Shown: positions 8,974-18,771 of the stretch, piece by piece
How positions within the stretch are numbered: the stretch's first letter is position 1
How the letters are laid out: every line of letters begins with the position of its first letter
DNA from: a virus
Taxonomy: Duplodnaviria > Caudoviricetes
DNA: 64,000 nucleotides
IMG/VR virus record: IMGVR_UViG_3300005614_001084
Coordinates: 1 to 64,000 of that record
Direction: 5' to 3' (one strand)
Position numbers and translations under genes: made by a program
Notes under the pieces: model-generated
Databases searched by the model: none
Seen by the model: the letters and a program-made list of their open reading frames with translations, nothing else
Told to the model about the DNA's origin: nothing

Positions 8974-10880
8974 GCCGCGGCGCGTCGCGGCGGCAGAACT
9001 TCCGGCAACGGACGCATGTCGACCTCAGGCATGGGCGGGCCACCCGCCCCCTGTGCCTGGGGTCCACCGCCGATCGGCATCAGCTCCTGTGGCATCTGGA
9101 TGCCCTGCTGCGCCAGCAGTTCCATCGCTTCCGGCGCCTTGGACTGAAGCTGCTCCAGGTAGATCTTCTGCTGCTCCGGAGGCATGGCCTTGACCTTGTT
9201 CGCCAAGGCGGCCGAGACCGCATCCATGGAGGCTCCGCTCTGCTGCGTACCAGCGCTCTGTCCTTGGATCTCGTCGAACGGCGTCTTCTTCGGCGCCATC
9301 TCTCGTGCGCCTGCCGTGGTCAGAGCTGCCTGGGCAGACGCCTGGTACTTCGCCATGACGAGCTGCGCCTCGCCCTGAGCTTCCGCTTCTGCGATCATCT
9401 TTTGCTTCAGGGCCTTCGCCTTGATGGCGCTCTCCTGCACCATCAGGTTGGCCTCGTCCTCGACCTTCAGGTCGGTGTAGCTGAGCAGCGTGGCATCGCT
9501 GATCTTGCCCATCTGGTTCAGGCTCAGCATCATGCCCTGGCGCTGGAGATCGTCCGCCATACGGAAGGGCTTGAAGCGCCCGTCCGGCACCGGCCAGCCG
9601 AGGTACGCACCCATGCGCTTCATCATCCAAGCGAGGAAGCGGGAGTGACCGTGCATGTTGGAAAGGAAGAAGTTCTCCAGCATGCGCAGGTTGACGCTGT
9701 TGCCGGCGTAGGTGCCGTCGCCAAAGACTAGATTGATCGGGAAGCCCATGCCCGCGACCATCAACTCGTTGAGCTGCTGGATCTCCGGCATCATGAGCAG
9801 CGCGCGCCCGTTCTCGCCGATGACCTGGTGGCCGAGAGGGAACGGCAGGATGCCGTAGTAGCTCGGATCCATGCGCTGACGCGCCAGCTCGCGGCGGATG
9901 TGGTCGCGCCAGTTCGAGAGGTCGACGGTGGTGAAGGGATCGGCGCCAGCGGTGGCCGGCTGCGGGAACAGGAAGATCTGTGGCACCAGGTGCGTCAACA
10001 TGATCGCTTCCTGGGCCTTGCGCATGACCTGGGCGTAGAAGGCGTCCTTCAGCACCGGCATGAGCAGCGGCACGCCCCATCCACGGCTCATCGTGGAGAG
10101 GCTGGGGCGACGCATGTGGAAGACCTCGGACTTGTCGAAGACGAGCTGGCGCCGAGTCTTCACCGCCTCCAAGAAGATCTCCGGCGTCGTTGCCACGAGA
10201 TCCTTGCGGCCCATCATGACCTGCGCGCGGAAGTCCGGGCTCAGGTCGAGGCCGTAGTCCATGCGGCCGGTGGCTTCGTTGTAGAAGATGTGCACGTACT
10301 CGGGGTTCCACCGGATCATCCCGATGTCCGAGTACTTCGGGTAGTAGTCGTCACGGCTCGTCGCGAAGTCGGTCTGGCCGCACTTCGAGCACTGGAGCCA
10401 CCAACGGTTGTTGACGTAGCGCCACGCCGGGCGCGAGTTCAGGGCGTCGTGCTCCGCACCGCACAATGAGTTGCCGCAGATCAGCTTCTTCCGGAAGGGG
10501 AAGCTGGCCGACATGAAGGCGTTGCCGTACACGTAGTAGTCGAGATTGATCTCGAACTGGTGCACTCGATAGTTCATCACGCCGAGAAGGAGATCCTCCC
10601 AGCGATTGCGCACGCCTTCGTTCTCGTGCTGGATGATCAGGTCGGTGACCGGGTACTCGGACGCCTTCGTGATGACGGCGTTGATGATGCCGTGGGTCAG
10701 GTAGTAGAACCGGCAGAAGCCGAACAGCGCCTTGATCGAGGGCGGCGTGTACGTGCTTGCCTGATCGAAGAAGGGATTGGCGAACGGCTGATATCGACGA
10801 CCGAGTACCTGGCCGCGATCGGCATTGCCGCCCACCGCACGGCCGCCACCCATGGCCGAACCTGCACCACTGAAAAACAT
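8970..10880 (-). CDS. Probable portal protein with a Zn-ribbon insertion
   Basis: 636 aa; portal-like motifs (DYYVYGNAF, VFHMRRP..RGWGVP); CxxxxC..CxxC insert; Q/P-rich tail; sits among head genes. Confidence 0.6.
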   Translation of the reverse strand: MFFSGAGSAMGGGRAVGGNADRGQVLGRRYQPFANPFFDQASTYTPPSIKALFGFCRFYYLTHGIINAVITKASEYPVTDLIIQHENEGVRNRWEDLLLGVMNYRVHQFEINLDYYVYGNAFMSASFPFRKKLICGNSLCGAEHDALNSRPAWRYVNNRWWLQCSKCGQTDFATSRDDYYPKYSDIGMIRWNPEYVHIFYNEATGRMDYGLDLSPDFRAQVMMGRKDLVATTPEIFLEAVKTRRQLVFDKSEVFHMRRPSLSTMSRGWGVPLLMPVLKDAFYAQVMRKAQEAIMLTHLVPQIFLFPQPATAGADPFTTVDLSNWRDHIRRELARQRMDPSYYGILPFPLGHQVIGENGRALLMMPEIQQLNELMVAGMGFPINLVFGDGTYAGNSVNLRMLENFFLSNMHGHSRFLAWMMKRMGAYLGWPVPDGRFKPFRMADDLQRQGMMLSLNQMGKISDATLLSYTDLKVEDEANLMVQESAIKAKALKQKMIAEAEAQGEAQLVMAKYQASAQAALTTAGAREMAPKKTPFDEIQGQSAGTQQSGASMDAVSAALANKVKAMPPEQQKIYLEQLQSKAPEAMELLAQQGIQMPQELMPIGGGPQAQGAGGPPMPEVDMRPLPEVLPPRRAAA

Positions 10881-11383
10881 CAGCCAGCCCTCCCGAGCGT
10901 GCGGCTTGCGATCGATTCGATGGCGGCACCACCCAAGGCTCCCGGGATCACCGGTACCCCAGCGGTCAGCGCTCCGCCTGCAACCTGAGCGCCGAGCCCC
11001 ACAGCCTTCTGGCGCAACGAACGTCCGCCCTTGGCGCTTTCATCACCTCGAGCGAGGTCTGGGGCAGCCAAGGCCAGCGGCAGCCCTACGCCGAGCCCCA
11101 GGCCCGTCGCAGCGCCCCCGCTCAGCGCCTCCTGCCCCACGGCGTGTAGCGTCTCTCGGGGGCGGCTTGCGAGCCCGCGCGCGAGGCCGGGCAGGGACGT
11201 GACTCCCTGCTGCACCGCCTTCGGGCTCAGGCCGATACTCGCCGCCTCGTTCGCGTAGGCACCGGTGAGCCCGTGCGCCTGCCGCTTCGCGAAGTTGCCG
11301 AGAGTCTTCGTAGCCCGTGCCAGCAGTGAGCTGCTGCCCGCCCGCTTCTCGACCTCGGAGTAGAAGACTTCCAGCGCTTTCAT
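10880..11383 (-). CDS. Gly/Ala-rich putative virion (head/ejected) protein
   Basis: ATG 11383 in ATGA overlap; N-terminal FYSEVEKRA motif; hydrophobic Gly-rich segments. Confidence 0.65.
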   Translation of the reverse strand: MKALEVFYSEVEKRAGSSSLLARATKTLGNFAKRQAHGLTGAYANEAASIGLSPKAVQQGVTSLPGLARGLASRPRETLHAVGQEALSGGAATGLGLGVGLPLALAAPDLARGDESAKGGRSLRQKAVGLGAQVAGGALTAGVPVIPGALGGAAIESIASRTLGRAG

Positions 11384-12345
11384 TTTCCGCCGATCATCCT
11401 GAGCTGCTGGATCATCTGGGCCTTCACCGTCGCGGCGTAGGACCACTCGACCAACAGCCGGTATACCGCACTTCCGGCAGCGGTGTCAGGAAGGTTGCTC
11501 ACCGCGTCCGCCAACGGCTTGTTGTGGCGAGCGTTCCAGAGATCCTGGGTCTGGGACTTCTCCGCCTCGAACTCGTACGGGACCTTGACGAGCGGTCCCT
11601 TCCCACAGGTGACGCAGGTGACGTCGTTGTCGTCTCGATGCAACGCGTTGCAGTGCTGACACTCGATCTTCGTTTCTTCCAGCTCACGCTGAGCGAAGTC
11701 GAGTGGCTGGGGGATGAAGGCGATCCCGTCGTTCTTAAACACTGCGGCGATGAACTTGTCGATCTCCCACGCCGTGGTGCGGGCGGGATCGACCAGTTTC
11801 ATCATCGCGTAGCCGGCGACCAGATGCCCGATCTGCGGCTCTTCCAGATAGACGAAGTTCGGGCTTTCACCCGCGAGTGCTCGGCAGACCCAGTGGAACA
11901 CTTCCCACTGACGCCACGGCGACGGTGAGGCGAGCAGCACTCTGCCGGCGAGAATCTTGTTCCACACGCTGTTGGACAGCGCCACGCCATCACGATCCAG
12001 CGTCAGCTTCAGAACGTCGGGATGCCACGCCAGGTACTCCTGCCCGTACTTGTCGAGGAGCAAGAGCATGAGTGCGATCGGATTCGCATTGGGATGACGC
12101 CAGATGCTCTTCGTGTTCGGTACGTACCCGGTAGTATCGATCGACGCTTCCGAGTTCAGGGCCGCCAGCTTCATCCCGTCCGCGATCGCCTGGCTGTGGT
12201 CGTCGATGGAATCGACGGCCCGTTGAGCCAGCATCTCGACGTCGACTGGATCAGCCTCGGGAGGTGTCTCCAGAACAGACGACACGGGCTCGGCCCCACC
12301 AGGAGGCCAAGCCCGAGTGCTGCCCTCTTCGAGCAGGACGTCCAT
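11380..12345 (-). CDS. Hypothetical head-associated protein with CxxC..CxxC
   Basis: 321-aa ORF in the structural operon. Confidence 0.7.
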   Translation of the reverse strand: MDVLLEEGSTRAWPPGGAEPVSSVLETPPEADPVDVEMLAQRAVDSIDDHSQAIADGMKLAALNSEASIDTTGYVPNTKSIWRHPNANPIALMLLLLDKYGQEYLAWHPDVLKLTLDRDGVALSNSVWNKILAGRVLLASPSPWRQWEVFHWVCRALAGESPNFVYLEEPQIGHLVAGYAMMKLVDPARTTAWEIDKFIAAVFKNDGIAFIPQPLDFAQRELEETKIECQHCNALHRDDNDVTCVTCGKGPLVKVPYEFEAEKSQTQDLWNARHNKPLADAVSNLPDTAAGSAVYRLLVEWSYAATVKAQMIQQLRMIGGK

Positions 12346-12348
12346 CGA

Positions 12349-13431
12349 TCAGACCGTCGTGTGTGCCGACAGGTAGACGAGAACGTAGCTGCGGATGCCG
12401 TCCGGCACCACCGAAGAGTCGGGGATGTAGCGGCCGAGCGGGCCCGCGTTCGACACCGTCGAGGGATCGACGGCACCCGCCGTCGGAACGGCCCAGATGC
12501 CCGACGACGGCGCCGAGGCCTCACGGATCACGCAGACCGCCTCGACGTCGCTGAGCGCGTCGATGTCGAGTCCCAGCTCCGTGTTGAGGATGCCGACGTC
12601 ACACGTGCCGGTCGTACCGCCCTGCTCGCTGAACGCGAGGCTGACGACCTGCTTGACGAAGAACGACGTGTTGACGGTCGCGTTGCCGCCGGACGGGATC
12701 GCGATCGTTCCGGTACGGCGGACGTTGCGGGCGTCCAGGTACACGATCGTGAGGTTGCCGGCGAGCCAGCTCGCGTCGTTGTTGAAGACGAACGAGAGAC
12801 GGCGCGCATGCTTGAGCACGCGGTTGCCGACACGCGTGCGGTTGAACACCGCGTTCGTGCCGAGGCTCTGCGCCGAGGCCGAAGAGACCAGCGACGCGAT
12901 GCATGCGGTGTCCGCCGCGACGCCCAGCTCCAGGCTCGCCCCGGTGCCCGCCGCCGCCGGGAGATCGACCTCCGTGACGGTGGCGAAGTACTGCGTGCAC
13001 GTCGTGGTGCCCTGACCGGCCGGCGCCACCACGGTCTCCGAGAGCGCCTTGCCGTCCACGTCCGTTCCCTTGAACGTGACGTTGCCGCCGAGGAAGTTCG
13101 CGGGCGTACCCGTGGAGTTGACGAAGATGGTCGGGCGCTTCGGCGTGTTGATCGTCGCGTTCTCCGTGCCGGGCGCGAGGATGCCATCGAAGTCGGCCGC
13201 GACGAGCACCGCGGGAGCGACCTGCGACGCGAACGCCTGCTTGATGCCGTCACGATCCACCACCGGCGTCTGCACGCGCGAGAAGTGCTTCGTGACGACA
13301 CCGTCCTCCACCTTCGTGAAGGCCTGGTCGATCTGCGACCGAAGAAGCTCGATCTCGTTCGCCTGGCCGCCGGGGCCGGCGATGAGATGAGGACGCGCCG
13401 GAACGAAGGAACCGAATGCTTTGCTACCCAT
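12349..13431 (-). CDS. Putative virion structural/decoration protein
   Basis: 360 aa, T/G/A/V-rich, two internally similar beta-rich segments; SD AGGAGGAG. Confidence 0.65.
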   Translation of the reverse strand: MGSKAFGSFVPARPHLIAGPGGQANEIELLRSQIDQAFTKVEDGVVTKHFSRVQTPVVDRDGIKQAFASQVAPAVLVAADFDGILAPGTENATINTPKRPTIFVNSTGTPANFLGGNVTFKGTDVDGKALSETVVAPAGQGTTTCTQYFATVTEVDLPAAAGTGASLELGVAADTACIASLVSSASAQSLGTNAVFNRTRVGNRVLKHARRLSFVFNNDASWLAGNLTIVYLDARNVRRTGTIAIPSGGNATVNTSFFVKQVVSLAFSEQGGTTGTCDVGILNTELGLDIDALSDVEAVCVIREASAPSSGIWAVPTAGAVDPSTVSNAGPLGRYIPDSSVVPDGIRSYVLVYLSAHTTV

Positions 13432-13450
13432 GATCTCTCCTCCTGGTTGT

Positions 13451-15028
13451 TCAGACTCGGAACGTGCCGGCGCTGCTGTCCGACGCGAGGCGCGAAAGTA
13501 CCACCTTCTGTGGCGAGGGCATGGACTTGAAGGTTCCGATCGGATCCTTCTGGAACTCGTCGGCGAACTCCTGGCCGAACAGTTCGTCCAGCTTCAGCCC
13601 ACGCTTCGAGAGCGCGCTGAGCTGGATCCCCGAGACGTAGTCGTTGCCCTCGCACCACGAGTAGGCGTCGTCCTCCGGCTTCTGGGCCGAGGCGAGCTTC
13701 GCGCTGCCGTAGACCGCGGCGTACGGATCCTTCAGACCGAGGCGTCCGTAGATCTCCGCCGCACCGGTCTGGCCGTCGACCTCTCGGAGCATGTCTGCCA
13801 TGATCATCGGAGAGATCTCGGCCTTCTTCTCCAGAAGGACCTCGTACCCGGCGCTCCGGCCCGTGCCCTCGTACGCCGCGATGCGCGCGTGCAGCTCGCC
13901 CTCGATGAACGGACCGTAGCCCTCACCGAGGTAATCGAGCACACGACCGGCGGTCTTCACGCCCAGCTCCTGCGCGCGTTCTCCGACCGAGAAGGCGAAC
14001 ACCCGGCGTTCGATCGGCGCGATGTCCATGACGTGCTCGTCGAAGTACGCCATCGCCGTCTTGACCTGCTGCTCGGTGTCGATCGGATACCGATTGACGT
14101 GCGGCAACGCGAAGTTCGTGTGCGACGCCACCTTGCGCGTCGTCGGCGGCTCTGCGATCGAGAGGTCGCCGCAGTGCTGCCAGCCCACCGGGATCAGCTC
14201 TTCGGCGATCTTGGCGGCCGAGGTCTTCTGCGGAAGACCCAGACGCGACGGGTTGTTGCGCGTGGAGACGCTGCGAAGCGTCGACTGCGGCATGATGTCG
14301 GTGCCGTTGAGGTCTGCCTTCTTCGACACCTCGACGCCCTTGGCCTTGCCGGGGTTCCCGCCCGCCACCGGTTCGAGCTGATCCCGCTTCGAGAGCTGCT
14401 CGTCGAGCTTCCGGTGCGTCGCGTCGTGCTGCGAGAAGAGACCGAGGGGCCCGAAGATGTGCCCGGCCTCGGGGCCGTCACCCTTCTGCATCGCCTGATC
14501 TTCGTCGAGGCTGAGGTCGATGGTACGCCCGGCCGCGATCTTCGAACCCGAAGCCTGCGCCTGACGGAACGCGTCCATGTTCGCACGGCCCTGCATCGAA
14601 CCCTCTCGCGCCTTCGACGCCATGTCCATGACGCCGAGCCCGACGTTGAGCGCGCTCAGCGGATTCAGCGCGATCTTGACGAGACCCTCGGGAGGATCCA
14701 CCTCGTACCACGAGCAGCCGTTGATGAGGTTGCACGCCACCTTCTGCTGCGTCTCGTACGGCAGCAGGCGATGGGTCTCGTCGAAATAGATCAGCGAGAG
14801 GGAGAGGTTCTCCGCGCTGTCCATCGCGAACTTCCGCACCGTCTCGTCACCGCTCGTCGCGACGAGCGCGAACAGACGATCCGGGAGCGCATCACGCTGC
14901 TCCTCGTCGAGCGGACGGTAGCTCGCCAGCTTCTTCGGCAGGTCCACTCCCGAGGAAGCCAGCTTGTTGCGCAGCACGAGGCCCTTCGGGTCGTCGTGCA
15001 GGTCCAGAACGATCCCTGCGATTCGCAT
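13451..15028 (-). CDS. Putative head/scaffold-associated protein rich in K-x-A motifs
   Basis: Likely start ATG 15028 after a leaderless promoter; FALP..RYPIDT..QVKTAMAYF segment; about 10 KxA motifs. Confidence 0.65.
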   Translation of the reverse strand: MRIAGIVLDLHDDPKGLVLRNKLASSGVDLPKKLASYRPLDEEQRDALPDRLFALVATSGDETVRKFAMDSAENLSLSLIYFDETHRLLPYETQQKVACNLINGCSWYEVDPPEGLVKIALNPLSALNVGLGVMDMASKAREGSMQGRANMDAFRQAQASGSKIAAGRTIDLSLDEDQAMQKGDGPEAGHIFGPLGLFSQHDATHRKLDEQLSKRDQLEPVAGGNPGKAKGVEVSKKADLNGTDIMPQSTLRSVSTRNNPSRLGLPQKTSAAKIAEELIPVGWQHCGDLSIAEPPTTRKVASHTNFALPHVNRYPIDTEQQVKTAMAYFDEHVMDIAPIERRVFAFSVGERAQELGVKTAGRVLDYLGEGYGPFIEGELHARIAAYEGTGRSAGYEVLLEKKAEISPMIMADMLREVDGQTGAAEIYGRLGLKDPYAAVYGSAKLASAQKPEDDAYSWCEGNDYVSGIQLSALSKRGLKLDELFGQEFADEFQKDPIGTFKSMPSPQKVVLSRLASDSSAGTFRV

Positions 15029-15034
15029 GCCAGA

Positions 15035-15064
15035 AGGGTACTCGGTAGCGGGGAAACTGGTCAA
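15035..15064 (-). promoter_or_regulatory. TTGACC-N18-TACCCT leaderless promoter
   Basis: 6 nt upstream of ATG 15028; same architecture, including CCGAG before the -10, as the RNAP promoter. Confidence 0.65.
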
Positions 15065-15071
15065 ACCCATC

Positions 15072-15081
15072 CTATCAGCAG
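15072..15081 (+). promoter_or_regulatory. CTATCAGCAG phage promoter motif at the head of the replication cluster
   Basis: CTATCAGCAGGTGGAGG is identical to 4561-4577. Confidence 0.75.
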
Positions 15082-15093
15082 GTGGAGGTGTTG

Positions 15094-15756
15094 ATGCAGA
15101 CACAGACCGGCGACACGATGATCGGACCCGCAGGCAAGCCCAAGAACTGTCGAAGCTGGGCGGAGTACGAGGAGCCCAGGAAGAGCCAGCAGGGCATCCC
15201 GAACACGGCCAACCTGTGCAACGGCGGGTGGTACAAGAGCGAGTTCTACGAACCGTGCGCCTCGATTACGGAGTGCAAGACCGAGACGATGGCGGCGCAA
15301 GGGAAGCGATTCCTGCCGACGTACGGATCCCAGACGCATGCCCCGCGTCCGATGGGAAGTCAGCTTCTCGCGACGACCCCGAACCTGAGCGAGATGATCC
15401 GAGCTGATCGATGGAGCCCGATGCCGGCGACGATGCCGAAGTCGTACGTCGTGCAACCGGGACAACAGAACCAACAACAGCGCCCGATGCAGGGCGTGCC
15501 GACCCCCTTCATGGTGAACCAGGCGCTTCCGTATCCGGTGCAGCCACCGCCGGAGTGGCCGATCGCGATGCAGAGCGCGTACGTCGGCCCGTCTCCGGTG
15601 ATGACCGGAGGCATCACGCCGACGTTCCTGCCCGCGCCCGGTGAGCATCCGTTCGCTCGCCTGGCACGCAACATGGCGAACGGCGTCGTCGGCGCCCTCG
15701 GCTGGCAGACGTTCGACCTCGCCCGCAGTATCGACATGTTCGGTCGAAGGAAGTGA
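15094..15756 (+). CDS. Hypothetical protein, Cys-containing N-terminus and Pro/Gln-rich low-complexity region
   Basis: SD GGAGGTG then ATG 15094. Confidence 0.7.
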   Translation: MQTQTGDTMIGPAGKPKNCRSWAEYEEPRKSQQGIPNTANLCNGGWYKSEFYEPCASITECKTETMAAQGKRFLPTYGSQTHAPRPMGSQLLATTPNLSEMIRADRWSPMPATMPKSYVVQPGQQNQQQRPMQGVPTPFMVNQALPYPVQPPPEWPIAMQSAYVGPSPVMTGGITPTFLPAPGEHPFARLARNMANGVVGALGWQTFDLARSIDMFGRRK

Positions 15757-15763
15757 ACCCCTA

Positions 15764-15783
15764 GGGGCGGCTTCGGCCGCCCC
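15764..15783 (+). terminator. GC-rich cUUCGg hairpin (terminator or processing/stability element)
   Basis: GGGGCGGC-TTCG-GCCGCCCC; no U-tract. Confidence 0.5.
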
Positions 15784-15791
15784 ACCCTACT

Positions 15792-17201
15792 ATGCAACAG
15801 ATCAAACGCGAACCTGGTGTCGGATATCTCGACTCGTGGCTCTGGCTGCCCCGCACGCACGTCAGCAAGATTCAGATCGAGTCGACCTTCACGTACATCG
15901 GCCGTGATCAGTGGCCGATCGAAGCGTGGCGAGAAGAGCCGCATCACTTCCGGGTGCCGCGGAACTTCCTGTCGCATGAAGCCCTACGAGCGATGCCGTA
16001 CCCGTTCTACGACGCGCGGATCCGTTCGTTCCCAACGATCAACGTGAAGAGCCGCGCGATCATGGATGCGCGCGAGCCTGGCACGAACTACCAGAGCACC
16101 GGCTGTCAGCGGCTACTGGCAGCTCAGGATGGCATTCTTTGCTTGAAGTGCGGCGCGGGTAAGACCGTGGTCGCGCTTCACGCCGCCACACAACTCCGCG
16201 TACCGATCCTCATCGTGGTGAACGACGAGAGCCTCGCCGAGCAGTGGCTCGAAGAAATCGACGAGTGGCTCGACATCGATCTCGATGACGTCGGGATCCT
16301 CGGCGGACGAACCGCAAAGGGTAAGCGATTCGATTGGCGGAAGCCGATCTGCGTCGCCCAGGTTGCGACCCTGGCGAAGCGCGTGGACGAGAATCGCTTG
16401 CCGCCCGAGATGCTTCGCCACTTCGGGGTCGTCATCCCGGATGAGGCGCACATCATCGGCGCGCCGTACTTCAACAACGCACTCACTCCCTTCCATGGAC
16501 GACGGTGGGGGCTCACGGCGACGCCAACGCGCGAGGACGGCTTCGACTCGCTGCTCCAGTGGACGCTCGGCAACGTCGTCTACAGCTACCTCACGCCAGA
16601 TCTCATCCCAGATGTGTGGTTCCGTCAGTTGCCGACGACGCTGAACCTCGACGACAAGATCTGCTACAAAGCGACGCACGGCAAGGGCGGTGACTTCCAC
16701 CACGGCATGACCTACGGGTACTTCGCTCGATCCAACAAGGACAACCGGACCGACCGGATCGAGAAGGAGATCAGAAACGCTCTCGCCACAGACCGCCAGG
16801 TGCTCGTCCTCACACACAGCAAGGAGATGACCGAGATCCTCGGCGGTCGATTCCCCGGCAGTGGAGTGGTGAACGGGGCCGTTCGCGGAAAGGAACGCAG
16901 ACGGCGTATCAGAGAGTGCAACCCGGTCATCGCTGTGATGACGCTGGGCAAGCAGGCGCTGAACAAGCCCGCCCTCGACACTCTCTTCATCGTGGAGCCG
17001 TTCGCGAAGGCGGGCGTGCTCCAACAGACCATGGGCCGCGTCCTTCGCCGCTTCAGCGGAAAGAAGAAGCCTGTTGTGATCTTCTTCGAGGACGTGTACA
17101 TCGAAGAACTCAAAGGACTGTGCGGGAAGCTTCGGCTACTGCTCAGCAAGTGGCCCTTGGAAAAGGGCGGTAAGATCGCGTTCAAGATACTGAAGGTGTG
17201 A
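15792..17201 (+). CDS. Superfamily 2 (DEAH) helicase, UvsW/XPB-like
   Basis: CGAGKT, DEAH, TATPTREDG, QTMGRVLR. Confidence 0.9.
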   Translation: MQQIKREPGVGYLDSWLWLPRTHVSKIQIESTFTYIGRDQWPIEAWREEPHHFRVPRNFLSHEALRAMPYPFYDARIRSFPTINVKSRAIMDAREPGTNYQSTGCQRLLAAQDGILCLKCGAGKTVVALHAATQLRVPILIVVNDESLAEQWLEEIDEWLDIDLDDVGILGGRTAKGKRFDWRKPICVAQVATLAKRVDENRLPPEMLRHFGVVIPDEAHIIGAPYFNNALTPFHGRRWGLTATPTREDGFDSLLQWTLGNVVYSYLTPDLIPDVWFRQLPTTLNLDDKICYKATHGKGGDFHHGMTYGYFARSNKDNRTDRIEKEIRNALATDRQVLVLTHSKEMTEILGGRFPGSGVVNGAVRGKERRRRIRECNPVIAVMTLGKQALNKPALDTLFIVEPFAKAGVLQQTMGRVLRRFSGKKKPVVIFFEDVYIEELKGLCGKLRLLLSKWPLEKGGKIAFKILKV

Positions 17202-17204
17202 AGC

Positions 17205-17684
17205 ATGGGTACGAAGATCAAGGCCAAGAACAACACGTACGACATCTCGCAGGAGGTCCCCGAGGGCGCACGCGACTGGCTCAAGCGGCTCTATCTCGTC
17301 GCGACGGCCCAGCACCGTCTCGTCGGTATCATCGAGGACGAGACCCCGGAGGAGACGATCAAGGTTCGCTCGCTGACGATGTACGGGGCGCTGATGTACA
17401 TCTGCAACCTGTCCTTCCAGCCGATGATCCGAACCGACGACACGGGCCGGCCGGTCAACAAGGAGGGCAAGCCCCTCGTCGGGAACGAAGCGCCCGAGAT
17501 CATCGGAGTTCGGGGCGGCGCGCAGATCCAGCTCCTGACGAAGTACGACATCATGTTCACGCCGGCCATTCGGCTCACGGATGTGCAGTACGTGATCAGC
17601 ATCAGCGACATGGAGCCGGATCAGGCGAAGTTCTTCGTCGACGAGTTCCTGCGCGTCTACGACCCGCCGCGCATCATCCGCTGA
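17205..17684 (+). CDS. Hypothetical protein
   Basis: 159-aa ORF tightly packed in the operon, phage-like codon bias. Confidence 0.7.
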   Translation: MGTKIKAKNNTYDISQEVPEGARDWLKRLYLVATAQHRLVGIIEDETPEETIKVRSLTMYGALMYICNLSFQPMIRTDDTGRPVNKEGKPLVGNEAPEIIGVRGGAQIQLLTKYDIMFTPAIRLTDVQYVISISDMEPDQAKFFVDEFLRVYDPPRIIR

Positions 17685-17690
17685 GGAGCC

Positions 17691-18365
17691 ATGGACGCGC
17701 AAAAGTCTCTGCGCGTCCTTCGCGACAAGTGGGCAGGCTGCACCAAGTGCGGCCTCGCCCAACTTCGCGGAGGCGCTCCCGTGATCTTCGGCGCCGGTCA
17801 CTTCAGGTCTGACTTCCTCCTGATCGTCGACGCTCCCACCAGTGAAGACCTCTCCGACGGGGTCCTGCTCAGCGGAGAGCCGGGACAGCTCGTGGAAGAC
17901 ATGCTGACCCAGGCAGGCATCGACCCAGCCAAGAACGTGTTCCGCACCGCGCTGGTGGGCTGCCGGCCCTTCGTCGTGTTGCCGGCGACCGACGATACGC
18001 CCGAACGACAACAAGACCGCCACCCCGACAAGACCGAGATCGAGACGTGTTCGCCTCGGTTGATGGAGTCGATCTATCTCGTCGACCCCCGCGTCATCAT
18101 CACCATGGGTGACGAGGCGTGGAAGTCGATCGTCCCCCCGAAGAACCGCAACAAGAAGAACACCATCGCCCAAGCTGCTGGCGAGTTGTTCGAGATCAGC
18201 CTGCCAGGCCGTACCCGTAGCATCACCTACCCGGTGCTGGCGACCCTGTCTCCTGCCCAGATCGTCGCCAACCCCAGCCAGGCGGCTCACGGTCCCATCA
18301 CCACCACGATCGAGGCGTTCATGCGTATCCGCCTCTATGTCGAAACTCTGAAGAAGGACGAGTGA
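17691..18365 (+). CDS. Family-4 uracil-DNA glycosylase-like Fe-S protein (degenerate active site)
   Basis: CTKCGL, VIFGAG, LVGCRP, EIETC, DPRVIITMG. Confidence 0.8.
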   Translation: MDAQKSLRVLRDKWAGCTKCGLAQLRGGAPVIFGAGHFRSDFLLIVDAPTSEDLSDGVLLSGEPGQLVEDMLTQAGIDPAKNVFRTALVGCRPFVVLPATDDTPERQQDRHPDKTEIETCSPRLMESIYLVDPRVIITMGDEAWKSIVPPKNRNKKNTIAQAAGELFEISLPGRTRSITYPVLATLSPAQIVANPSQAAHGPITTTIEAFMRIRLYVETLKKDE

Positions 18366-18366
18366 G

Positions 18367-18771
18367 ATGAGCAATCCCCCGATCCAAGCCATCGCCGCCA
18401 AGGCGAAGTTCGAGGCCGCCCGGGCCGCACTGGAGGCGTTCAACAACGAGAACGCGAAGCTGATCGAAGAGCGTGCACTCCTCGTCGCCGCGTACAACGA
18501 TGCGCTCGCCGCGGTGAAGACGGAGTACAAGAAGTCGCACACCGAGATCGGTAAGACCTGGGGCGAGTTCAAGGCCGTGCCCAAGGTCGAAGTCGACGCT
18601 GCTCGGCTCTTGAAGCTGATGCCCAACGCCGAAGGCCTGGTGAGGATCGAGTACAAGATCATCGCCGAAGAGTGGAAGAAGGCCATCGGTGCCGGCCTGA
18701 TTCCCGACGAGGTTCAGTCTCAGGTAGTGATGGAGGGCACGCCAGCCATCTACGGCCCGAAGGAGGCGTGA
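18367..18771 (+). CDS. Hypothetical protein with N-terminal coiled coil
   Basis: 134-aa ORF in the operon. Confidence 0.7.
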   Translation: MSNPPIQAIAAKAKFEAARAALEAFNNENAKLIEERALLVAAYNDALAAVKTEYKKSHTEIGKTWGEFKAVPKVEVDAARLLKLMPNAEGLVRIEYKIIAEEWKKAIGAGLIPDEVQSQVVMEGTPAIYGPKEA

